NCBI RefSeq assembly: GCF_006345805.1
Contig: NC_043010.1
Location: forward strand, 51,832,001-51,896,000
Length of the DNA: 64,000 nt
Direction: 5' to 3'
Origin: Octopus sinensis
Taxonomy: Eukaryota
The notes below the pieces were generated by a model. It had not been told where the DNA came from. It ran no database searches and worked only from the letters and a program-made list of their open reading frames with translations. A program made the translations under genes and the position numbers. This document shows, one piece after another, positions 47,988-60,690 of the stretch; position 1 is the stretch's first letter; the number at the start of each line of letters is the position of its first letter.

Positions 47988-48425
47988 TGAAAATACACTT
48001 GGAGTCCTTTAGATGGTTCTTTTTTTAAAAGCTTAACTAGTTTCACCAATTTTTCTGATTTTCAAAAGATAAGTGGGATACAGTAGAAAGATGTGGGCTA
48101 TCCCTCAGTCCCACATCTTTCTATGTCATTTAACCTTTGAAAATCAGAAATATCTGTAAAAGTGGTTAAGCCCTTAAAAACAAACCATTTAAATGACTCC
48201 CAGTGTATTTTCAACTTCTTTTTCAGTATTTCTACTTCTACCCACGTGGAATAAAATAACTTTGTTATATACATACATATATATATATATGAATGTATAA
48301 TTGTATTTCTATGAATGTTTTATCGCCATTATTAACTTTTTTCTCACCTCTAATTACATTCTGACTTTCGTACTTCTTTTCCTATCACATGATTATATTC
48401 ATTAATTCTGATTGGTTCCTTACAG

Positions 48426-48616
48426 GGTTCGGCTATGCTGACCTGGAGAATCGAATTCCATACACGCCATCCACCGTGACCAGGATTGCCAGCATCAGTA
48501 AATCCATCACCATGGCAGCAGTAGCCAAAATGTGGGAGAACGGACTGCTTGATCTTAACAAACCAGTCCAGCACTATGTACCATCCTTCCCTGAGAAGGA
48601 AGTAGATGGGGAAAAG
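48426..48616 (+). CDS. LACTB: LACTB exon 3 (catalytic SxxK motif)
   Basis: tacag|GFGYADLENR...RIASISKSITM...FPEKEVDGEK|gtatgt. Confidence 0.96.
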
Positions 48617-50635
48617 GTATGTTCTCAGAGATATAATTTTGTATGTAGGTGCAGGAGTGTCTATAGGATTAAGAAGTTTGCTTCCCACCACAAGGTTTTG
48701 GGTTCAGTCCCACTACTTGACACTTTGAGCCAGTGTCTTCTTATATAGCCCTAGACCAACCAAAGTCTTGTAAGTGGGTTTTGTATATATACATGTGTTT
48801 GTGTGTGTGTTTCACACCCAATGCTATGATGGAGTCATTCCCAGAGCACTATATTTTTTGTTGTTTGTTGTTTTTTGTTCCTTCTCAAGCCATGCCTGGC
48901 TCATAAGGGCCGGTTTCCCGGTTTCCTTGGCATATAGGTTCCCCACCTGGACGGGACGCCAGTCTGTCACAGGTGAGCTGCAAGATGCAGGAGGGAAGAG
49001 TGAGAGAAAGTTGTGGTGAAAGACGAAAGAATCAGCAGAATTTCGCCATTACCTTCTGCCGGAGCAGCGTGGAGCTTGAGTGTTTTCACTCATAAACACA
49101 CACATCGCCCGGTCTGAGACTCGAACCCACGATCCCTCGACCGCGAGTCCGCTGCTCTAACCACTAGGCCATGTGCCTCCACAAGCACTATATTACAGCA
49201 AACTGACAAACAAACAAAACACAGACACTAAATATGTGTGGTTGAGAATGCATGTGTGTGTGTGTGTGTGTGCGTGCTGTTTCCACCAGCTATTAAATTC
49301 ACTTATAAGCTATTGGTTGGCTTAATGCTATAATAGAAAGCATTAGCTAGAGGTGCCATGCAGTGGAGCCAAACCCAGAACCTTGTGGTTGCAGCTGTAC
49401 CGGTACATATTTGTGTGAAAACATGGTTTAGCCCATGGCCAATCCAGATCAAGTGGATCCATGATCAAAAGAATTCTAGACATGACCACTCCATCTCTTT
49501 TTTTCAGGCATATTATATCTTGATGTACATTATTTAATATGTCTTTATATTTTTTTTTTTCGTTGGGCCTTACTGAGGCAATGATGAAAAACTGAGTTCT
49601 CTGGAGATATACTGTGATTGTGAAGACCTGACAAATAACGTGAGTTCATGGCTGTTTCCTACACCAGTTTCGCATAGCAGCTCCAGCCTATCCAAAGTAC
49701 CTTGGATCGCAGAACGACCTGCTGTGCTCACCTTGGATCGTAGGGTGACCCACTGTGCTTGAGGAGACCTATTGAGTCAAGTACATCAAAATAAAAATCA
49801 AATGGAAATTGTAGTTGTGATACCTGTGCCAGTGGCATGTAAAAAGCACCATCCGAACATGGCCGATGCCAACACCGCCTTGACTGGCTACCATGCCGGT
49901 GGCACGTAAAAAGCACTAACCGATCGTGGCCGCTGCCAACCTCCCCAGGCACTTGTACTGGTAGCACATAAAAAGCAACCACTACACTCATGGAGTGGTT
50001 AGCGTTAGGAAGGGCATCCAGCTGTAGAAACACTGCCAGATCAGACTGGAGCCTGGTGCAGCCTCCTGGCTTACCAGACCCTGGTCGAACCGTCCAACTC
50101 GTGCTAGCACGGAAAACGGACATTAAACAATGATGATGATTTTGAAACTGGATAGTGTATGATCTGGTAGAAAATTGGCTACTATTTTTAGTAAGTCTAG
50201 CAACCACAGAGGGTATGAGTAGACATGAGTTCGATGTATGGTGAAGTATAATTAACTTTTGTTGTTTATATTGTTAGCAGCAACAGCAGGAGCACTATTA
50301 AACTAATGTTTTGTTAATTAGCAATGCAGAATCTACCCATTTCCATCAAATATCATACTTCAGTCCTCAGGGAAAGTAGTCTCCTTCTTCTGGAAACTAG
50401 AATTGGGCATTGGACCTACTAGCCACTTTTATAAAACTAACAACAACAACAAAGGTAATAATAATATATTAATCTTTTCTACTGGAAGTACAAGACCTCA
50501 AATTTGAAGGAAGGGATTAAGTCGACCCTAATGCATAGCTGGTACTTATGTAATTGACCCCAAAAGGATGAAAGGGAAAGTTGACCTTTTCTCTTTGTGT
50601 TTTCATGTTTGGATTAACTATATATATATATATGT

Positions 50636-50830
50636 AGGTCCCGGTTGAGTCGGGGTTAACCACAGTAAATAAGGTACTCAATACATAGCAGAGTAAATTA
50701 ATTTATTTTATAGAAGGAGCTTCTACAGCACTAGAACTGTTTCATTCAAAAGAAATCATCAGGAAGCTCGATGATTTCTTTTGAATGAAACAGTTCTAGT
50801 CCTGTAGAAGCTCCCTCTATAAAATAAATA
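50636..50830. mobile_element. Fold-back insert in (TA)n with 60-bp arms and a hammerhead motif
   Basis: Arms 50701-50760 and 50770-50829 (2 mismatches), 9-nt loop. Confidence 0.82.
50718..50768 (-). ncRNA. Type I hammerhead ribozyme-like motif
   Basis: AGCTTC CTGATGA tttc-tttt-gaat GAAA cag-ttctagtg-ctg TA GAAGCT: perfect 6-bp stem I, intact core, GUA site; U.U mismatch closes stem II. Confidence 0.65.
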
Positions 50831-51687
50831 TATATATATGATAATGATGATTTGCATATTCATTTTTAATACATTCCAGAAGATTTGAATGTGTGAATAA
50901 GCTAATTACTGTCGTGTTTCACCATTGGTGAACAACTTCTTTCAGACGAATATGTGTTCATAACACACTCAAATCATTAGTTTAAAGGGACTTTGAGACA
51001 TCCAGTGTTTTGACATCATTGTGTCTCATCAACCAAAGCTACCCTGGACTATTGAATCCAACAAGAGTTTGTGGCTCTCATTCATAACTTCAGCAGAAAA
51101 TTATTAGCTGAAATGTTCCGATATCTGCCAACCAATAATAATAAGTCAGAACAATGACTTGTATATTTATTCTTAATAACATTCTGGCAGATTTGAATGT
51201 CAGTTTGTTAATTACTGTTGTATTTTCTTCATTAGCAAACAGTTGCTCCTTTCAAATGAATGGAAACGCCTTGCTAAATAGAACTATATTATGTAATATA
51301 AGAGTTGGTTCACCCTTGGCATCAATCACATTGTTAATACATTGTGGAATTGGTTCATACAAATTCCGAATGGTTGTTAGGGGAATTTTGAACCACCCTT
51401 CAACTAAAAACCTGTTTTAGCCCTTTCAATAGCAATGGCTGAGGGAAGCAGTCCTTCACTTGTTGCTCAAAAATGCACCATAAATATTTAGTTATATTGA
51501 GATCTGGTGATTGTGGAGGAGTGGGGGCAATCCAAATTGCTTACTTCTTTTCTATGCTCTTCATACTAAGTTTGAATAACATTAGCCAAAGAGAATCAGT
51601 GCATTATGAACTCGGAAGATTGTACAACCATCAGGGAACTATGTCTGTACCATATGAGCATCATCAGCCAAAATACTCAAATACTCA

Positions 51688-52465
51688 AGGCGGCGAGCTG
51701 GCAGAAACGTTAGCACACCGAGCAAAATGCTTAGCGGTATTTCATCTGCTGTTACGTTCTGAGTTCAAATTCTGCTGAGGTCGACTTTGCCTTTCATACT
51801 TTCGGGGTCGAAAAATTAAGTACCAGTTATGCACTGGGATCGATGTAATCGACTTAATCCCTTTGTCTGTCCTTGTTTGTCCCCTCTATGTTTAGCCCCT
51901 TGTGGGCAATAAAGAAATAAGAAACGTTAGCACGCCGGGTGAAATGCTTAGCGGTATCTCGTCTGCCACTACGTTCTGAGTTCAAATTCCGCCGAGGTCA
52001 ACTTTGCCTTTCATCCTTTCGGGGTCAATAAATTAAGTACCAGTTACGCACTGGGATCGATGTAATCGACTTAATCCCTTTGTCTGTCCTTGTTTGTCCT
52101 CTCTGTGTTTAGCCCCTTGTGGGTAGTAAAGAAATAGGTATTTAGTCTGGTGTCAATCTAATTGACTGGCCCCTTCTCCAAAAATTTCGGGCCTTGTGCC
52201 TAGAGTGGAAAAAAATATTTCTTTCCTTCAAGGCAGCAAGCTGGCAGAAACGTTAGCACGCCGGGCGAAATACTTAGCAGTATTTCGTCTGCCGTTACGT
52301 TCTGAGTTCAAATTTCGCCGAGGTCGACTTTGCCTTTCATCCTTTCAGGGTTGATAAATTAAGTACCAGTTACGTACTGGGGTCAATGTAATTGACTTAA
52401 TCCCTTTGTCTGTCTTGTTTGTCCCCTCTGTGTTTAGCCCCTTGTGGGCAATAAAGAAATAAGAA
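51688..52465 (+). mobile_element. SINE family B array (about 4 units)
   Basis: aaggcggcgagctggcagaaacgttagc head; tandem junctions. Confidence 0.85.
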
Positions 52466-52613
52466 AAGATTAGTTAGTTTAAAAAAGCAGTTTCCATTAT
52501 TTTGTCAACTTCCGTATGTGTATAAGTTTGTATGTGAATGTGAATTCATGTGTATCTTCATACATGTGTAAATGTAAGCATTTTTACCTCAATAACTGAT
52601 AATTTTCCTTTAA

Positions 52614-52834
52614 CCCTTTCATTACTGTATTTATTTTGAGATGTTCTTCGTTTCTTTCAATTACTTTAAATATAACAAAGAATTTAGTAGAATAACTTAG
52701 TTGTCATTAAGCTGGTTTTAGGAACATATATTGTGATTAAGGTTTGGAAGAAGATTTTAATTCAAAACTTATGAAAACAAGACATTTGTACTACAGAGCC
52801 AGAGGTGGCTTCAGCCGAGTTGGTAATGAAAGGG
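52614..52834. mobile_element. piggyBac-like MITE (221 bp)
   Basis: TTAA|CCCTTTCATTAC ... GTAATGAAAGGG|TTAA. Confidence 0.85.
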
Positions 52835-53444
52835 TTAAAAGAATGTAATCCATAACTACCTTTCAACAAACCATCACAACCATTGAATTTTCTCTTCTTC
52901 TTGTGACATGACTACATCCATTAAATCTGATTGGTTCCTTGCAGCAGGTTTTAGCCAAGTTTAGCTGGAGAATTGCTTACCAAGTTATGAAAATGCTGGT
53001 TCATGACAGTAGGTTTGTTCCAAAACAGGAAAAACAATTCGCTAATATACCAACACAGATGAATGCCAGTAGTCAACTGCATTTTTCCATATTATCTTCT
53101 TATTGTCAGTTTGAGACATGAGAATATCATCTTTTAAAATAAAATCTCTTTTGTCACTTTTTGAAAAATATAAATAAATAAATCCATTTCCTTAACTTAA
53201 TATTCCAACTCAGTCTCAAAAATGTCTATACCTATTTATCCGAAACAAAGTTACAATGCATTTTTTAAGCTAAAAAATACTTTTTTTTTTGTTCTTTTTG
53301 TTAAAATCTTTGCTGAAATTCTTCAGAATTTTTTTTTTTTTTTTTGAACTGTGATAAGAGGATTACTGACACTTTGCCAATCAGATGGTTTATGATTTCA
53401 CAAGAGACTAACTAACTGTGTAGTTGGATGCATTGGATTTAATC

Positions 53445-53855
53445 TTTTACTCTTTTACTTATATCAGTCATTTGACTGTGGCCCTGCTGGAGCACTGCTT
53501 TTAGTCAAGCAAATCGACCCTAGGACTTATTCTTTGTAAGCCTAGTACTTATTCTATTGGTCTCTTTTGCCGAACCGCTAAGTTACGGGGACGTAAACAC
53601 ACCAACATCAGTTGTCAAGTGATGTTGGGGGGACAAACACAGACACACAAACGTATACACACACACACACATATATATATATATACACATACATACATAC
53701 GACAGACTTCTTTCAGTTTCAGTCTACCAAATCCACTCACAAGGCTTTGGTCAGCCCAAGACTATAGTAGGAGACACTTGCCCAAGGTGCCACTCAGTGG
53801 GACTGAACCCGGAACCATGTGGTTGGTAAGCAAGCTACTTACCACACAGCCACTC
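53445..53855 (-). mobile_element. SINE family A
   Basis: Reverse-complement consensus. Confidence 0.85.
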
Positions 53856-55662
53856 ATTCTGCAGTTGATAACAAGAAAAGCTAAATTTCGTGAATATGGT
53901 AACTGGCTTTAGGCACCACATAGATTACACTACAGCTTACAGAGAAAGTTGAAATGGCTGTACCACCAAGTTTTATGTTATAATGAATCTGAGTTACCCT
54001 AAAAGGTCATGCACCTTTTAACCAGACTAAATAAGGATCTTATTTAACTTAAATTACATTTTTAAAATAACCAAAAAATTGGAAGAAATTTGTTTGAATG
54101 ACTATCTTCTTTATTATTAAGCTAGTGTTATCATCAGCATCATCATCATTGTCATTTTAATATCCCACGCTTTGGTCATCCCAAGGCTATAGTAGAAGAC
54201 ACTTGCCGAAGGTACCACGCAGTGTGACTGAACCCGGAACCATGTGGTTGGTAAGCAAGCTACTTACCACACAGCCATGATGGTTGTGGTTATGGTGATG
54301 GTGGTAGTGGTAGTGGCATCAGTGGTGGTAGTCTTTATAGCAGTAGTAGTGGTGGAGAGAGAGATTAAAGGTCATGCAGTGATGGTGATGGGGAAGGTGG
54401 TGATGATGATGGTGGTGGTGAAGGTTATTATATTACATTGCCAATGTAATTTAAGACCACACAGGACAATGACAAGTATTATGAAGGGACATGTATGGCC
54501 TTAGTATTTCAGGTTATTTATCCTTTTTCTAACTATTTATTAGTTTTCTTTTTTTTTATTTGACACTTTGGTGGAATTTTTTTATGTTTATTTATATTTT
54601 TATGTTATTGTTCTTTTTTTTTGTTTATATTATTTTTACATGTCAATAGGGAGCCTCTGTGTAGGCAACCAACCTGCTAGAAAGATCTCTCTTTTAAATA
54701 ACCCACTATGCAAAAAAAAATGGTGGAGGTGCAATGGCCTCCAGTAGTTAGGGCAGCGGAGTCACGGTCAGAGGATTGCGGTTTCAATTTCCAGACCAGG
54801 CGTTGTGTGTGATTATTGGGTGAAAACACCTAAAAGCTCCACGAGGCCCCAGCAGTGGGGGTGGCGACCCCTGTTGTACTCTATCGCCACAACTTTCTCT
54901 CACTCTCTCTTCCTGCTTCTTGAGTAATGTTGCGATGGACTGGCATCCCGTCCAGCTGGGGGGAACACATATGCCACAGAAACCATGAAACTGGGCCCAT
55001 AAACCTGGCTAGGCTTGAAAAGGGTGACATTTAAATGTATGCAAATAATGGAAAGACACTTGATAATGTGGTCCTAGATGCATACTGACTGAAAAATAGT
55101 TGAGGTGGTCATAGGACTGGATTGGTTAGCGTTAGGAAGGGCATCCAGATGTAGAAACATTGCCAGATCAGACTGGGCCTGGTGCAGCCTTCTGGCTTCC
55201 TAGACCCCAGTTGAACCGTCCAACCCATGCTAGCATGGAAAGCGGACGCTAAACGATGATGATGATGGCTATAGTTTTGAAACAGTGATTTTTAAGTAAG
55301 TATAGTTATGATTTTAAATACAATCTGAAAAAAGTTTAAATGTGGGAACCTGTAGGAAAACTGGTTTTCCAATTAAAAACTTTAACCACTTGAATACAAA
55401 AATTCCTTTTCTCCCCACCCAAAAGGTCACTAAGTGGGGAATAAAATATATTGAATCCTAATCAAATAAGACTGACCACAGTGAAACAAAAGCCACGCCT
55501 CCTTCACCTCCCCCTTCCTCTCATACTTTTTTCTTCTTTCTTTTCCCTTTCTCCACAAACTCCCAAAACACACTCCTACTTTCTTTTCTCTATCTTCACT
55601 ATCTCACACTCTCTCACCCCTGCACTTTACTTTCTAATTTGTTCCCTCCTCTCTCTCTCTCC

Positions 55663-55716
<54 letters not shown>

Positions 55717-55861
55717 CATCATCAGTTTCAATTGTATATAAAAAGGCAAAGTAAACTTACTATAAGCCACTTTTTTGATAAATCTGATAACAGAAGAAAG
55801 TGCTAAAAGTGGAAATAGGAATACATATAATCATTCAATATTCTGGCTACCTTGTTATTCT

Positions 55862-55908
<47 letters not shown>

Positions 55909-55915
55909 AATATAT

Positions 55916-55960
<45 letters not shown>

Positions 55961-57141
55961 AATATAAATAATATATAAATATATGCATATATACATACAT
56001 ATATGTACGTACCTACACCTATATGTACATGTACATGCATATATGGGTACAGGACATCAAAAAAACGTTGAACACAATGAGAAACCAAAACCATAAAATA
56101 AAAACCTGGAAACAAACTTTTTTTCAAACAACGAAAAACAGAGTACGAGACATACAACACAAGGAATATTCCCCTTCTTCAGTTGTCCCTGTTTTGTCTA
56201 CTCCATGTTTTGAAGGTAAGGACAAGGTGCGACTTCATTGAAACAGTCCTTCCCACAAAGTAAATTAAATAAAATTTGGGGTTTTTTGCAGAGGAGTAAA
56301 AGTGGTAACAAGAACAGGACAGTATATATGTGTATATATATATATATATAGGCACAGGTACAGATGCGTGGTAAGAATCTTGCTTCCCAACCACATGGTT
56401 CTGGGTTCAGTTCCACTGTGTTGCATCTTCAGCAAGTGCCTTCTACTATAGCCTCAGGCCTACCAAAGCCTTGTGTGTGGATTTGGTAGATAGAAACTGA
56501 AAGAAGCCCACTGTGTGTGTGTCTTTGCATCTGTCCCACCACCACTGAAAACTGGTGTTGGTGTGTTTATGTCCCCATAACTTAGCAGCTCAGCAAAAGG
56601 AACCAACATAATAATTACTAGGCTTTAAAGATATAATTTCTGTTGTTGATTTCTCTGACTAAAACCCTTCAAGGCAGTGCTCTAGCATGGCCACAATCAA
56701 ATGACTGAAACAAGTAAAAGATAAAAGAGATATATTTATATATACCATTATCATCATCATCATTTAACATCCATTGTCCCTGCTGATATGGGTTGGTCAG
56801 TTTGACTAGGGCTGGTAAGCTGAGGTTTTGCATCAGATTCCAGTCTAATATGGCATGTTTCCTACAACTGGATGCCCTTCCTAGTGCCAACAACTCCAAG
56901 AGTGTAATGGGTGCTTTTAGGTGCCAGTTTCATGACAGCAGTATCTGTCACAACTATGATTTCACTCAGCTTTATGGATCTTTCTTCTCAAGCACAACAT
57001 ATTGCCAAAGGTCTTTGTCATTTGCTCTCTGAGGCCCAGCGCTTGAAAGGTGTTTTTTATGTGCTACTGGCATGATTGCTAGTTCCACAACACCAGCATT
57101 GGCCGCATTACCTCATATATATATATATACATATATATATG

Positions 57142-57652
57142 TATTAAGAGTTATCGCCAAGCTAATATGGCAGCCCAGAAATATAGGACGAATGCTGCCA
57201 TTAATTATCTCCAAGAGGTCATCGCCTCTAGCTAGTTATGTGATACACGAACCTGTGTCCATTATAACCGTCAAACAGGGGAAGTCAGCCGCTTCCCCTT
57301 GCCAGTCAGACATCTGCAGACTAGTTTCAGGGTATTTGCCCCTTATCAATGTAGAGCAGCCGAACCCAAAAGGCATCGCTACTGACCGTCTGTTCGAAGG
57401 ATTATTTACCTAAATTCAGTGGAATACATCCACTGGTTTCCAAAAATAGAAATATTGATATTTCTAATTCTCTCTAGAGGAAACTACGGCAGCGGTACTG
57501 GATATTAATAGTTATCACCAAGCTAATATGGCAGTCAAGAAATATAGGATGAATGCTGCTGTTGATTAGCCTTCACTTTGACGATAACTATTAATATCCA
57601 GTACCGCTGCCGTAGTCTTCTTTAGAGAGACTTAGAAATATCAATATTTCTA
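57142..57652 (-). mobile_element. Penelope pLTR-like non-coding element: partial tandem repeat, terminal inversion and hammerhead-like motif, in (TA)n
   Basis: Direct repeat 57142-57210 / 57503-57571 (period 361 bp); inverted arms 57447-57516 / 57583-57652. Confidence 0.78.
57313..57355 (-). ncRNA. Degenerate minimal hammerhead ribozyme-like motif
   Basis: tctaca TTGATAA gggg-caaata-ccct GAAA CTAGT C tgcaga: palindromic ACTAGT stem III, GUC site; core two transitions from CTGATGA. Confidence 0.55.
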
Positions 57653-57885
57653 CACATATATACATATATATATATATATATAGGTGCAGTTTTGATATTA
57701 GTTCATGGATCCCCAATAGTATCCTTTCTTGACCTCCAGGGGTCTATGAACCACCAAGCTGGGAGTTTCTGACATAGAAAATGCCCCTATCATTCATTTT
57801 TTGTCAGTTGCCTTTTATTTTGAAATTATTTTTGTCTTATTTTGTATTTTTATTTTTTTTATTGTTGGTTTTAATTTTTTTTTAG

Positions 57886-57993
57886 GTGACCCTAACTGTC
57901 CGTCATTTGCTGTCTCACATGGGTGGTATTCGTCACTACGACAGGACGTATATAGATAAGGATGCTGATAAAACTAGTAACGATAACTCTAAG
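57886..57993 (+). CDS. LACTB: LACTB exon 4
   Basis: tttag|VTLTVRHLLSHMGGIRHYDRTYIDKDADKTSNDNSK|gtgagg. Confidence 0.94.
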
Positions 57994-58103
57994 GTGAGGA
58001 CTGGATTCCTTAAAGAGTCATGATTGCTTTCTAATTTTTTTATACACACATACATACATATATTGGGTGGTTGAAAAGATGCATGGGCATTATTAGATGA
58101 ACC

Positions 58104-58537
58104 CCAATTTCAACTGTGCATAGTTGGAAGAAAAAAAGAACCAGGAACAAAATTAGCTTATGGGAGACCCAACTTTACATGCAGGACCTAGGGTGAAATT
58201 TTGAGACTTTTTAATTGTTTTTCTATATGCCATCAAATGCACGTGTGTGTGTGCATGTGTGTTTGTGTGTGTGTAGGAAATATCCTAAAGGTTAAATCCA
58301 ATTTTAATTCACCTGAAGAACCAATTTCAACTGTGCATAGTTGGAAGAAAAAAAGAACCAGGAACAAAATTAGCTTATGGGAGACCCAACTTTACATGCA
58401 GGACCTAGGGTGAAATTTTGAGACTTTTTAATTGTTTTTCTATATGCCATCAAATGCACGTGTGTGTGTGCATGTGTGTTTGTGTGTGTGTAGGAAATAT
58501 CCTAAAGGTTAAATCCAATTTTAATTCACCTGAAGAA
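58104..58537. repeat. Exact 217-bp tandem duplication in LACTB intron 4
   Basis: 58104-58320 matches 58321-58537, with no differences seen by eye. Confidence 0.9.
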
Positions 58538-59338
58538 AATAGTTTTTTTACATGATGTAATTGATCTGTTCATCAATAAAAATCATGGCCGAAACAGCTG
58601 TAGTGAACCACCGCCCATTTGTGTTGTATATATATATATATATATATGGAAGAAGGTTTGAAAATGCAATTTTAAAGATGTTTATTCACTTAACCGGTTT
58701 CACTTTTTTAGAAAAAGATTTATTTAGAAAAAGTAAAATGCAAAGCTTTGTATAAGCTTTGTTGTGTTAAGTACTGGTTGTCACAAAAGTATTAAAATAC
58801 AGATATACATTCTTTGATAATAATAAGAAAATGTTAAAAACAGCTTACAAGAAAGTATTTAAGAAAATATTCAACAAAAAGTATTAGGAGTTCAATAAAA
58901 ATCATGTTTGTTTGGTAGTATATATATACACAAAAGGATATATATTGAAGAGTTTACAAAGAATTTGAGAGGAACCAACCTGTCCTCCGAGCATTTTTTA
59001 TTTTGTGTGTAGCTAAGGATTGTTTGCTATTTTAAGGGACAGTGTGGGAGGTTGGTTGAAGTGGGGGGAAGGAAGAGTAATGTGGAATTAAAAGGGTTTT
59101 TTTTGTTTCTGGATTATTCTGTCATGGTTCAGTGGTTTTTGGGACTGGTCTTAGAGGTCAGAAAAGATAATGGAGCCTGGTGTGACTCCTGGCCTTATCA
59201 GCTCTGGCCAAACTGTCCAACCCATTCAAGCATGGAAAATGGATGTTAAATGATGATGGTGATGATGATGAGGATTACTTATTTTCATGTTTTTGCTTTA
59301 TTTTTTTATGTTTTGTGTCTGTGTTTCTCTTTTACTAG

Positions 59339-59606
59339 GATGATTCAAAGAGTACCAATAGCACTGCAACCAAGAACAACACTGCCACCAAGAACAACAA
59401 CACTGCCACCACCAATAACAACAACACTAACAACAACAACAACAACACTAACAACAACAACAACAACAGCAAGGAACTTGCTAAACTATCTGAATGTTCA
59501 AACAACAGCGACTACAAAATGGAGGAAATGTATCTGAAAAAGACCTTCAAAAATGTTGACGAATCCCTAACGCTCTTCAAGGATGACCCTCTTGTTCACA
59601 AACCAG
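59339..59606 (+). CDS. LACTB: LACTB exon 5 (poly-Asn/Thr tract)
   Basis: actag|DDSKSTNS...NNNNNN...EEMYLKKTFKNVDESLTLFKDDPLVHKP(G)|gtaatt; frame is consistent with both neighbours. Confidence 0.92.
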
Positions 59607-59629
59607 GTAATTTGATTGTTTTTAAAATA

Positions 59630-60690
59630 TTCTTATTTCTTTATTGTCCACAAGGGGCTAAAGATAGAGGGGACAAACAAGGACAGACAAAGGGTTTAAG
59701 TCGATTACATCAACCCCAGTGCATAACTGATACTTATTTAATCAACCCTGAAAGATGAAAGGCAAAGTCGACCTCGGCAGAATTTGAACTCAGAATGTAA
59801 CACCTGACGAAATACTGCTAAGCATTTTTGGGGAAGGGGCCAGTCAATTAGATTTGACACCAGACAAAATACCTATTTCTTTACTACCCACAAGGGGCTA
59901 AACACAGAGAGGACAAACAAGGACGGACAAACGGATTAAGTCGATTATATCAACCCCAGTGCGTAACTGGTACTTCATTTATTGACCCCGAAAGGATGAA
60001 AGGCAAAGTTGACCTCGGCGGAATTTGAACTCAGAACGTAAAGACAGACGAAATACCTATTTCTTTACTACCCACAAGGGGCTACACACAGAGAGGACAG
60101 ACAAGGACAGACAAACAGATTAAGTTGATTATATCGACCCCAGTGCATAACTGGTACTTCATTTATTGACCCCGAAAGGATGAAAGGCAAAGTCGACCTC
60201 GGTGGAATTTGAACTCAGAACGTAAAGACAGATGAAATACCTATTTCTTTACTACCCACAAGGGGCTACACACAGAGAGGACAGACAAGGACAGACAAAC
60301 AGATTAAGTTGATTATATCGACCCCAGTGCATAACTGGTACTTCATTTATTGACCCCGAAAGGATGAAAGGCAAAGTCGACCTCGGTGGAATTTGAACTC
60401 AGCACGTAACGGCAAACAAAATACTGTTAAGCATTTCACCCAGCATGCTAACGTTTCTTATTTCTTTATTACCCGCAAGGGGCTAAACATAGAGGGGACA
60501 GACAAGAACAGACAAACGGATTAAGTCGATTACATCAACCCCAGTGCGTAACTGGTACTTAATTTATCGACCCCGAAAGGATGAAAGCCAAAGTTGACCT
60601 CGGTGGAATTTGAACTCAGAACGTAATGGTAGACGAAATACCAGTAAGCATTTCATCTGGCGTGCTAACATTTCTACCAGCTCGGCGCCT
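59630..60690 (-). mobile_element. SINE family B head-to-tail array (about 5 units)
   Basis: About 184-bp units joined at gaaatacctatttctttactacccacaagggg; adjacent units nearly identical. Confidence 0.88.

Noticed and set aside
56040-56330. Another (TA)n-flanked insert with CTGAAGAAGGGG on the minus strand
   Set aside because: No GAAA follows the stem, so a hammerhead cannot be supported; it may still be a decayed pLTR
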